Below are positions 18,152 through 26,255 of a stretch of DNA of 64,000 bases, piece after piece. Below the pieces are notes generated by a model. That model ran no database searches, was not told the origin of the DNA, and worked only from the letters and a program-made list of their open reading frames with translations. The translations under genes were made by a program, and so were the position numbers. Positions within the stretch are counted from its first letter, which is position 1; each line of letters starts with the position of its first letter. Source of the DNA: Patescibacteria group bacterium (GTDB lineage: Bacteria; Patescibacteriota; Microgenomatia; UBA1400; PJMF01); contig BOKX01000001.1 of assembly GCA_016861205.1 (NCBI GenBank), positions 264,539 to 328,538 on the forward strand, given 5' to 3'.

Positions 18152-18705
18152 CCGGATCACGGGAACTCAGCCAATTTTTTCATTCAGATTCTAAAGTAAA
18201 CTTCGCCATGCGCCAGTTTGCACAGATTAGCGCTCAGCACTCGGCGTCTGTAACGATGCAAGCGGCTGAGCTAGCCAAGCGTATGCAGCAAACCGAGTAC
18301 CCAATCCAAGATGTTATGAATGATTGGTACTTTCCTTTGATTTGGGCATCAGAAGTAACTCGAGAGCAACTACTGATCGCAGCCTGTCGTGCTCATAGCC
18401 ACCGGTCACGTTGGCAAAAACTACGCCACCCCATCAAAATCACACCAGAGAAAATTGCTGGCGTCATTACGCAAGTAGGCAATGTAGCCGACAACTTACG
18501 AGTACTGCCAGTTTCCAACCTTGATGAAATTATTGCTCATGGTCATGAACTGCGATCAGCCAATCATGGCCGCCACAGCAAAAAAGTTGAGCGGAGCTTG
18601 AGTCAGTTTGCCAGGGTTATGCTGGGAGTGGAAAAAACTGTCAGTTCTGCCAGTAAACCACGACGACTGATTTCACTAGCCACCTCGCTGCTTGGTTTCG
18701 AGTAA
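18148..18705 (+). CDS. Hypothetical protein
   Basis: 185-aa ORF translationally coupled to the upstream ORF. Confidence 0.6.
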   Translation: MTGSRELSQFFHSDSKVNFAMRQFAQISAQHSASVTMQAAELAKRMQQTEYPIQDVMNDWYFPLIWASEVTREQLLIAACRAHSHRSRWQKLRHPIKITPEKIAGVITQVGNVADNLRVLPVSNLDEIIAHGHELRSANHGRHSKKVERSLSQFARVMLGVEKTVSSASKPRRLISLATSLLGFE

Positions 18706-18750
18706 CAGCGGCCGTAACAACTCTGCTCGGGGCACTGTGTATAATGGGGC

Positions 18751-19332
18751 ATGATATCCTCACTCAAACTCCTGTTAGTAGCTAGTGTCTGTTTGGCTCT
18801 TGGTATCGGGGCAACATTAGCTTGGCAGCGTTACACTGCATTATCTGCCGAAAATGAACGCCTTAAGGCTGCCCAGAGTTCACCACTCGTTGTCGCTTCG
18901 GCATCACCAACCAGCGACGAATCAGTTGCAACTGGCAAAAAGATGGTACTGCCCTCACCTACTCCTGAAGACATAGCCACTGGGTCAATTACTGGTGCAC
19001 TTGGCTACCCGAGTGAAGGTATTCCACCTCTTGAGGTTGTCGCTTTCCAAAAGGGTGATTTAGCCGAGTATGTAAAACTAGACACGCAATCAAATCAATC
19101 AACATACACCCTCTCAGGTCTTAAACCAGGTAAGTATGTGGTGGTAGCCTATCTTAAGTCACACCCAGATTCTGCTGGTGGCTACTCTCAAATGGTGCCA
19201 TGTGGTTTGTTAGCTAGTTGTACTGATCACAGCTTGATTGAAGTTGAGGTCAAGTCTGGTGAAACCACCAAAGGTGTCGATATTAAGGACTGGTATGCTC
19301 CGGCTGGAACCTTTCCTGCTCAGCCAAAGTAG
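18751..19332 (+). CDS. Membrane-anchored exported protein with a C-terminal prealbumin/Ig-like domain
   Basis: N-terminal TM, linker, GSITGALGYPSEGIPP..LKPGKYVVVAY..PCGL.A.C.DH. Confidence 0.7.
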   Translation: MISSLKLLLVASVCLALGIGATLAWQRYTALSAENERLKAAQSSPLVVASASPTSDESVATGKKMVLPSPTPEDIATGSITGALGYPSEGIPPLEVVAFQKGDLAEYVKLDTQSNQSTYTLSGLKPGKYVVVAYLKSHPDSAGGYSQMVPCGLLASCTDHSLIEVEVKSGETTKGVDIKDWYAPAGTFPAQPK

Positions 19333-19339
19333 CGATTTT

Positions 19340-21283
19340 CTATCCAGCTCCACCACCACCGCCGCCACCGCCGCCGCCACCACCTCCAGATGAACTGCCG
19401 GATGAGCCGGCGCCAGTGGCGCCATAACTGGCATTAACCGATGAGCTAAGTGAGTTGAGCGCTGATGAGAGGGATCCGAGGCTGCTAGAAATGTCACCAC
19501 CACTGGCACTTGAGTAGCCAGCCCAGTACAGGGTGGCGACCTGGGTGTCTTTGGTGTTGAGTTGAATAGGCAGCTGACTCAAGGCTTTGACTGAAACACC
19601 CAGGAGTGTGCCATAGACCAAGTACTGTTCCCAAAGGATTATCGAGTCGATGGGATACTCTTTGGTTTTTTGATACTCTTGGAGATGTTTTTTGAAAGCG
19701 ATCCAGCCTGCTGCTTCGGTAGCACCTTCCAGGGTGCGTTTCTCTTTGTGTGCCATCATAAAAATTGAAACCATAAACCAAACAAAACTTGATGCGATGT
19801 TAACAAGTGCAGCTCCCAGCCCCCAGCTCCACGCATCTGAAAAATTGGATACGCTAAAGAAGGCCAAGCCACCTGCTAAGATTGCCAAAACTAAATTGCG
19901 TATGCCAATGCTTTCCTCATGAGCAGTTCTATCGAGAAATCCGTCAGACAAATTAGCTTTGAGAGCGACTTCCTCCAAAGACTGAAAGAATACCCGAGTA
20001 CTTGTGGGATGTGTTTTGCAGTACTGCGTGATTTTCTTAAGTGGAATGACTTGTTGCTTGGGATCTTCATCAAACGCCTCAGTTTTGACTCTGTCAACTA
20101 AAAATGAATAGATTTTTTGCTCGACTGGACCAACTGTCTTGAGGTTGGGCTTATCGGTTGGTGCTAAGTAGTATTCCCAGTCTTTAATCAGGAATCCTTT
20201 TCGTTCTTGGCTGCGGACAAACTTTAGGACTCGGTGGTGAACGAGGTTTAAGATACTGGCTGTAAAGCTGCGGGTCGACAACGTTTTTTGAGCGGACATC
20301 ACTTGTTCAACTTGAGCTGGCGAAAGTTCGCTCGGTGGTTCCCACAAACGTTCGCTGGGATTGACCGATGGTAATCGTGTTTCTTTGTGGTGGTGCCAAA
20401 ATCGGACCAAGAGTTGCCAGCCAACCCAAGCTTGGACTGCGATCGCCACCAAGTTGAGTACTGCCAAGCCGACCGCTGTGCGGCGGGCAGTCGCTTGTTG
20501 AAGTTTGGTCTGCGTGATGAACTCTGCCTCTTGCTGGCGAATCTCAGCCTGGCTACTGGTTCCGGGAGTTCCGTTAACAAAAGTGGTTGCTGGCAACAGC
20601 AGGCGCCCCTCGAAAAATGTCCCGGCAGTCAGATTGGGCGTTGTGAAAGTAACTTCTTGGGCAGAGGGGATGCTAACGGTTCCGTTCAGTGGCCCGTGGG
20701 CCCATGCTTGAATTTGCTCACCCGGAACACCTGCAGGCAGTTGTAACTTGACTCCCACGTGATTCTGGGCGATTTCCCAGTCACTTCCGACCCATTGCCA
20801 GTACAACTCAGCGATATCCGAGTGTCGGGTGACCGCATTTTCGACAGTGTAGCTCAAGGTAAAGGTTTGTGAGGTATCGCTTAGGTTGTAAAACCACTTT
20901 ACATAGTACTGATCAGTGTCTTCAGTCACGTAAAAACTGCCAGCACGTTGAGATATTTCTTCGTTATCTGCAGCTGGGGTTGTTGGCCGATAGCAGTTCT
21001 GCTGATCGCATAGCTGGAATTGAGTCAGTCGGTACGGGACTGTTCTACCAGGATTTTTTGATTGATCAGGATTTTTAGAAATATAAAGATATGCGAAACT
21101 AAAGCTTCCATCAAACAGATACTGACGTTTTTCACTGACGTTCATACTGCCATCAGGGTGCAGTTCAGCGTTGATCTGCACCTGATTAATGGCGTATGAC
21201 TTGGCAGCTGCTGGTTGAGGTAGAAGCAAGCTGACTCCAATGACCACAATCGTAAGTAAAAACGCCAAAAATTTTCGCTGCAT
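19340..21283 (-). CDS. DUF2207-family membrane protein
   Basis: Signal peptide, DGSMNVSE, ELYWQWVGSDW, WAHGPL, WIAFKKHL..WEQYLVYGTLLGV, Gly/Ser tail GGGGGGGGGAG. Confidence 0.88.
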   Translation of the reverse strand: MQRKFLAFLLTIVVIGVSLLLPQPAAAKSYAINQVQINAELHPDGSMNVSEKRQYLFDGSFSFAYLYISKNPDQSKNPGRTVPYRLTQFQLCDQQNCYRPTTPAADNEEISQRAGSFYVTEDTDQYYVKWFYNLSDTSQTFTLSYTVENAVTRHSDIAELYWQWVGSDWEIAQNHVGVKLQLPAGVPGEQIQAWAHGPLNGTVSIPSAQEVTFTTPNLTAGTFFEGRLLLPATTFVNGTPGTSSQAEIRQQEAEFITQTKLQQATARRTAVGLAVLNLVAIAVQAWVGWQLLVRFWHHHKETRLPSVNPSERLWEPPSELSPAQVEQVMSAQKTLSTRSFTASILNLVHHRVLKFVRSQERKGFLIKDWEYYLAPTDKPNLKTVGPVEQKIYSFLVDRVKTEAFDEDPKQQVIPLKKITQYCKTHPTSTRVFFQSLEEVALKANLSDGFLDRTAHEESIGIRNLVLAILAGGLAFFSVSNFSDAWSWGLGAALVNIASSFVWFMVSIFMMAHKEKRTLEGATEAAGWIAFKKHLQEYQKTKEYPIDSIILWEQYLVYGTLLGVSVKALSQLPIQLNTKDTQVATLYWAGYSSASGGDISSSLGSLSSALNSLSSSVNASYGATGAGSSGSSSGGGGGGGGGGGGGAG

Positions 21284-21334
21284 ATGCCTATTGTACGCCG
21301 ATCATTCGAGTGTGTTGAACAGTCACAATCGCAT

Positions 21335-21497
21335 TTGCCAAAGTAATGCTCGAGTAGTATACTGAAGGACTATGCCTAGCAACCTATGGCTTACCTTATA
21401 TTGTAAACATAACCGCTCCACACAGCGTCAGGGGTTGCTTTTCTAGTAGTTACATACATGACAAGTATGAACAGCCCCGTAGACCGGGGCTTTTTTT
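21335..21497 (+). promoter_or_regulatory. Promoter + leaderless uORF (21372-21446) + attenuator leader
   Basis: TTGCCA-17-TATACT; ORF MPSNLWLTLYCKHNRSTQRQGLLF*; GGGGTTG can pair with AGCAACCT or with the terminator 5' arm CAGCCCC. Confidence 0.55.
21473..21497 (+). terminator. Intrinsic terminator inside a 5' leader
   Basis: AGCCCCG-TAGAC-CGGGGCT followed by a T7 run; no long same-strand gene upstream. Confidence 0.85.
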
Positions 21498-21540
21498 GAT
21501 CCATACTTGTCATTTTAACGAATCACATCATAAGGAATAT

Positions 21541-21687
21541 ATGTCGATACAGAACATTGAAAGACTGCTGGCGGTCGCTTCGGCGATTTCCTGCATTATT
21601 TCAGCGGGAATCATGTGTCAGCAGGTGTTAGCCGCACGGATAAACTCTCAGCTAAACACAAACCAGGTTTGTGTTGAAGCTGTTTAA
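21541..21687 (+). CDS. Small single-TM protein (48 aa)
   Basis: SD TAAGGA before the ATG; MSIQNIERLLAVASAISCIISAGIMCQQVLAARIN... Confidence 0.55.
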   Translation: MSIQNIERLLAVASAISCIISAGIMCQQVLAARINSQLNTNQVCVEAV

Positions 21688-21731
21688 ACAGCTTTAATGA
21701 AGATTTTGCTGAGTTAGCGTACAATAGCATC

Positions 21732-21977
21732 ATGTCTGACATTAACATCAATCTCAATTTAAATGCTATCCCTGAGTGGTTTGCTCTGGTGGTTGAGAAG
21801 TTCCAAGAACTCAGAGGCGTCGAGTTCCTCTATTTGATTTTAGCGATTATTTTCCCACCACTAGCAGCATTCTTAAAAGTTGGGATCAGCACCCAATTCT
21901 GGATCAACTTGATCTTAACGATGCTCGGCGGATTGCCAGGCCAGATCCACGCTTTGTGGTTGGTGCTGTTTTGGTAA
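21732..21977 (+). CDS. YqaE/Pmp3 family membrane proteolipid
   Basis: ILAIIFPPLAAFLKVG...FWINLILTMLGGLPGQIHALWLV. Confidence 0.9.
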   Translation: MSDININLNLNAIPEWFALVVEKFQELRGVEFLYLILAIIFPPLAAFLKVGISTQFWINLILTMLGGLPGQIHALWLVLFW

Positions 21978-22000
21978 GCTGTTTCGCGCTGTCACTCTCG

Positions 22001-24652
22001 TTAACGGTACAAATTCTGTAAGTCACCTTGGTAGATAGCGGTAGCAAACCAAGCCCAGTTTTGCAGGTAGTACTCGTCTCCTTCATACCAATACGCAGCT
22101 CCGTCTTGAGTAGTTGTGTATGTTGGTAAAAACTTCTCTTTGAGAATCACCTGAGCTCGTTCTGGATCAGTAATAAGAAAGACTGGTAAGTTCATAATGT
22201 AGGCATAGCGTTGCGACTTCGTTTGGGGCACCGCGTCATGCGAGTACACGTCGACCACACCACCCTGGGTGTGTTGCCAAACTAAAAAGTCAAGACTTTT
22301 GAGATAGTCAGCCGCCCGATAATCTTGATTCCATTGATAATCAAGATAGATTTTCCAAGGAATCCGAAAGGCATTGTACCCATAGTTTGAGTCGTCAGGT
22401 TGCGGTTTGGCAGACGCCACAAATGAACCCAAGTTCTTCTCGTATCTGCACCACTCGGGTGGCAAAGAACTGGAGTAATTTTTATCGAGCAAGGTTGCTG
22501 AGCAGCTTTTCAAAACTGCGTAGCTTGAATCCAAGACACTTGACCAGTCGTGATCTTGATCGACAACAGCAAAAATTCGATAAGCGTAAGGTGCTAGATA
22601 TGATGGGTTGAGTGTAACGTAGTCTGCCGAGTCAGCCCAGTTGCCCGCTGTTACAAAGGAAAACCGTTGATCACTGTACACGTTGTACTCCCAGATATCT
22701 TTAATTATTTGCTGGGCGTCTTCATAGTAGCGAGGCTCATTCCACCGCTTAGCCGCAAACAGCAAGGCCAACGCAATATCTTGGTCGGCGTCTGGAGCAT
22801 TGCCTTCGTCAATCAGGCGTTGAGATTTGTGTAAGTACTTCCAACCAAATAAATGCGACTTCTTTAACCGCATGTGTTTGTCTGTCCAAGCATAAACCTG
22901 ATCAAATGTTTCTCGATCATTCATCCAAACAGCTCTCAAAAGTGCGTAGGATTGGGCTTCTGAGATAACTGAATCGGATTGCTCAGGTGGTTGAATGTAC
23001 CCCTTCGGATTGAGGAACTTACGTTTGTATGTTTCCCACGAGGGCTGCAGATCTATGCGTTGCTGCTGATACATAACGACCCAATCACCATTGGGCATAG
23101 TTTGTTTCTGAAGTTGGAAATTGGCTGGGAACGTGGGATCGAGACTAAACTCAGCCACACGTTGACTGTTTCTGAGTGCTTGTTTAATCAGCGATTCCTG
23201 TCCTCGGTACGAGATTTGTCGTTGGACTTCAGCCGTAATCATCACGTAGTCAACGTTTCGAAAATCATTGCCAAGTTTTTTCTCGGTGATGTCTGGGTCA
23301 AGCTCAACTTTCCAGAACCAGTCTGCATTCTGAAATGTAGACTGGCCATCTGCCTGCCGATAGGTTAAGTCGAGATAGGCATAAAAATCGATAGCCATGT
23401 GTGAATCACTGGGCACATTTTTTTTGATCCAGTCAACTGCTTGCAACTGAGCAGTGGTCTCATCTTTGGTTAGGTACGTTGTAACTAACGGTCGATAGTA
23501 GTAACTCATGACCGCTACGGCAGCCAGCGCCACCGGCACCCCCAAAATCCAGTGCAGTTTTTGCAGCAACTGGCTGAAGTGACTAACGAGCACGCCAATA
23601 CACAAGCTTAAAAAGGGAATCAAGGCGATCACATAAAAATTGATGACCAGTTTGCCACTGGCTAAGAACAAGACTTGGGGCCAGGTCAGCATGAGTACCT
23701 GCCGACTTTTTTTGCTTTTAATGGCCAACATCACATGGGCAAAAAAGGCACTGTACCCGGCCACAATAAGCCACCAATCCTCTTTCATCCAGTAGGTCAA
23801 GTTGACACGAAAATCGCTAAACTGATGCCAGACTGGAAGGCCACTGCCTCTACCCGCTTGCATTGCCAACGTTCCCAGCAAGCTGACATGTGGATGTGGT
23901 GGGGAAAATGGAGAGCCTGGAGGAAAGAGCTCACCTTTCAACAACGCATACAGCGGATAGAACGAAATGACAGCTCCAGCCAGACAGAGCCACTTGATGA
24001 TGGCTATGGTTCGATGCTTTGGATGTGCATGGCTAGCAACCAACCAGACCATAGTGGGCAGGAAAAAAACCGCGTTCTCTTTGGTCAAACAAGCCAGGCC
24101 AAAAGTAATTGCGCTTACAAAGACACGGCGCAGACGAGATTTGGCCGTCATTACCAACCAAAAACTGAGCAGCACCCAAAAAACCATCAAGTTGTCTAGC
24201 AACAGCCGGCGTTGAAAGTACACGGCTAATGGTGAAACTGAAAACAAAGTCACCGCTACAAAGGCAGCTATTTTCGATCGGCTAATCTTCTTGGTGACCG
24301 CATAGAGAAGCAGTACATTCAAAAGGTGAATGAGTAGCATGAAAACGCGCCCAGAGTTAAGAGCAAAGCCAAAGGTAAACAGACCACCCGTCAAGGCTAC
24401 CCACGCGGCTGTGAAAATCCAACCAAACGGCGCATGGTCATACCAATATGTGTAGGGTGCCAATTTCCCTTGGGTTAAAAAACTCCAAGCCTGCGCGAGG
24501 TAGGTACCTTCATCGTTCTCAAAAAATGGGAAGTGGAACATGTTCCAACCGTGAAAAAACGCAGCTGCTCCTAAGAGGGCCAAGATAAATCCCAGCTCGC
24601 CATGCTGCCATACCCAGGTTTGTAGCTTTTTAAGCAGCTGCATACTGTCCAT
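22001..24652 (-). CDS. Fusion of an ArnT/PMT-like (GT-C) glycosyltransferase and a GH8 glycoside hydrolase
   Basis: N-terminal DEGTY..YWYDHAPFGW plus multiple TMs; C-terminal SEAQSYALL, NAPDADQDIALAL, NPSYLAP, YNAFRIPW. Start taken at 24652 (or 24643), overlapping the upstream GT2. Confidence 0.85.
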   Translation of the reverse strand: MDSMQLLKKLQTWVWQHGELGFILALLGAAAFFHGWNMFHFPFFENDEGTYLAQAWSFLTQGKLAPYTYWYDHAPFGWIFTAAWVALTGGLFTFGFALNSGRVFMLLIHLLNVLLLYAVTKKISRSKIAAFVAVTLFSVSPLAVYFQRRLLLDNLMVFWVLLSFWLVMTAKSRLRRVFVSAITFGLACLTKENAVFFLPTMVWLVASHAHPKHRTIAIIKWLCLAGAVISFYPLYALLKGELFPPGSPFSPPHPHVSLLGTLAMQAGRGSGLPVWHQFSDFRVNLTYWMKEDWWLIVAGYSAFFAHVMLAIKSKKSRQVLMLTWPQVLFLASGKLVINFYVIALIPFLSLCIGVLVSHFSQLLQKLHWILGVPVALAAVAVMSYYYRPLVTTYLTKDETTAQLQAVDWIKKNVPSDSHMAIDFYAYLDLTYRQADGQSTFQNADWFWKVELDPDITEKKLGNDFRNVDYVMITAEVQRQISYRGQESLIKQALRNSQRVAEFSLDPTFPANFQLQKQTMPNGDWVVMYQQQRIDLQPSWETYKRKFLNPKGYIQPPEQSDSVISEAQSYALLRAVWMNDRETFDQVYAWTDKHMRLKKSHLFGWKYLHKSQRLIDEGNAPDADQDIALALLFAAKRWNEPRYYEDAQQIIKDIWEYNVYSDQRFSFVTAGNWADSADYVTLNPSYLAPYAYRIFAVVDQDHDWSSVLDSSYAVLKSCSATLLDKNYSSSLPPEWCRYEKNLGSFVASAKPQPDDSNYGYNAFRIPWKIYLDYQWNQDYRAADYLKSLDFLVWQHTQGGVVDVYSHDAVPQTKSQRYAYIMNLPVFLITDPERAQVILKEKFLPTYTTTQDGAAYWYEGDEYYLQNWAWFATAIYQGDLQNLYR

Positions 24653-26024
24653 TTGTGGTAGGTGTACGGTGGAGATTGAGATGGGTGGTTTTTTCCCAGT
24701 TGGTTTTCTGTTGGGTGTGGCGCAAGACAGCGCGTAGAGCACTAAATGCGAGCACCATTTGATATGGTACAAAAGTAAGGACGATGGTGAGGATAACGAG
24801 AACAGACATTCTTTGGTGAAAGTCCTTCGAAAACTCGGTATAGCCAAGTATCTGCACCACCAGTTGGAGTACTAATAAGTAAAATGGATACATGACTAGC
24901 AAAGTTGCAATCACGGGTAAATCAATAAAAAACGTAGCTAAAGAAATCATCACTAACACAAAGTTCAATGCGTTCAACTGTGCCAATACTAAAAAGTATA
25001 AGGCAAACAGTCGCTTTTTGGGATTGTGAAAGGCTTGCCACTTCCGCTCAAGCAAGATTTGCAAGAAACCCTGATTCCAACGCGTGCGTTGTTTGACAAG
25101 ACTTGCGAGTGTGCCAGGACTCTCCTCCCGCGTCACTAAATCCGGGTCATACACGATTTGGATCGGGTAGTTTTGACTCGACAGTCGCAATCCCATCTCC
25201 GCATCTTCAGTAAGACAGGTATTCCAACCACCGAGTTTTGTTAGCACCTGCTTTTTAATAAACACCGTGTTCCCACCGAGAGGAACAACGCCCATTCGGC
25301 TAAATAAGTGCAGGGCAGATTTGTACCAGAAGTAGTACTCCAGCACATTCAGGGCTGAAAACCAGGTCGTTCGTAAGTTTGTAAGTTGCACGCCACCTTG
25401 CACTGCGCTGGGCTGCTTTGTTAAAAAGACTGTGTTAACCACTTGGAGTATCGCTGTTTGTGGCTCGTCTTCAGCGTCAAAGACACCGATCACGTCATAC
25501 TTGGCTGCTTTTAAGCCAAAGTTTAAAGCACTTGGCTTGTTTGATTCCAAGCTCGTGAAACTCAAGACTTTAAAATTTTTGACCCTAAGCTGGGCAATTG
25601 CGGCTCTAGCACTACGAAGTGTCTCTTTATCATCAGATTTGCACACCACTAACACCTCCCAAAGGTGGGCAGGATACTCAATGTTAGCGATAGATGCCAG
25701 GGTAGTACCAATGACTTCGCTCTCAAATCGAGCCGGAATTATGATCGAAAACGTGGTTTGAGGTGGTAAAGCAATCTTTGGCGGAGCATCTGCAGCAAGC
25801 TTGTTGGGATCTTCCCAACCATACAGCATCCAGAACAAGGTAAAAATACCTTGAAAACTGAGCGCAAACGCCGTTATGAGCAGACCTATTTTTATCGGAA
25901 GCAGCCAGTAATCCCCTTGCAGGATCACGCTTACTAAGGCTGTACAAAACAAGGTGACTAACACTGCTGTAATAGTCACCAAAAAGATAGTTATCTTAGT
26001 TTGTTTCCTGGGCAGGACTTTCAA
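24630..26024 (-). CDS. Processive GT2 beta-glycan synthase (cellulose-synthase-like)
   Basis: IIIPARFE, KPSALN, FDAED, LTEDAEMG and QRTRWNQG (D,D,D,QxxRW), with flanking TMs; TTG start. Confidence 0.9.
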   Translation of the reverse strand: MKVLPRKQTKITIFLVTITAVLVTLFCTALVSVILQGDYWLLPIKIGLLITAFALSFQGIFTLFWMLYGWEDPNKLAADAPPKIALPPQTTFSIIIPARFESEVIGTTLASIANIEYPAHLWEVLVVCKSDDKETLRSARAAIAQLRVKNFKVLSFTSLESNKPSALNFGLKAAKYDVIGVFDAEDEPQTAILQVVNTVFLTKQPSAVQGGVQLTNLRTTWFSALNVLEYYFWYKSALHLFSRMGVVPLGGNTVFIKKQVLTKLGGWNTCLTEDAEMGLRLSSQNYPIQIVYDPDLVTREESPGTLASLVKQRTRWNQGFLQILLERKWQAFHNPKKRLFALYFLVLAQLNALNFVLVMISLATFFIDLPVIATLLVMYPFYLLVLQLVVQILGYTEFSKDFHQRMSVLVILTIVLTFVPYQMVLAFSALRAVLRHTQQKTNWEKTTHLNLHRTPTTNGQYAAA

Positions 26025-26148
26025 AGACAGACCCCGAATTAAAATTATAGGATATTATAGCACTGTAGCCTTCAAAATTGAACCAGAATTACATTTCGAT
26101 TACAAGGCTAAGATGCTGAGAAATGATGTCATTTGATATATATAAATA

Positions 26149-26175
26149 TTGGCAGTCACGGACTAAGACTGCTAA
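26149..26175. promoter_or_regulatory. CIRCE-like inverted repeat (candidate HrcA operator)
   Basis: TTGGCAGTC-N9-GACTGCTAA, close to the consensus TTAGCACTC-N9-GAGTGCTAA. Confidence 0.6.
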
Positions 26176-26255
26176 TTCCGCTTTTCAGCAATAAGGAATG
26201 ATAGATCAATCTAAATTGTTATAGCATCGAACTGGTATAATATGCATCAAATTCT

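Noticed and set aside
24653-24847. N-terminal extension of the GT-C/GH8 ORF given in the track
   Set aside because: Overlaps about 200 nt of the GT2 coding region; ATG 24652 or 24643 fits a coupled start.
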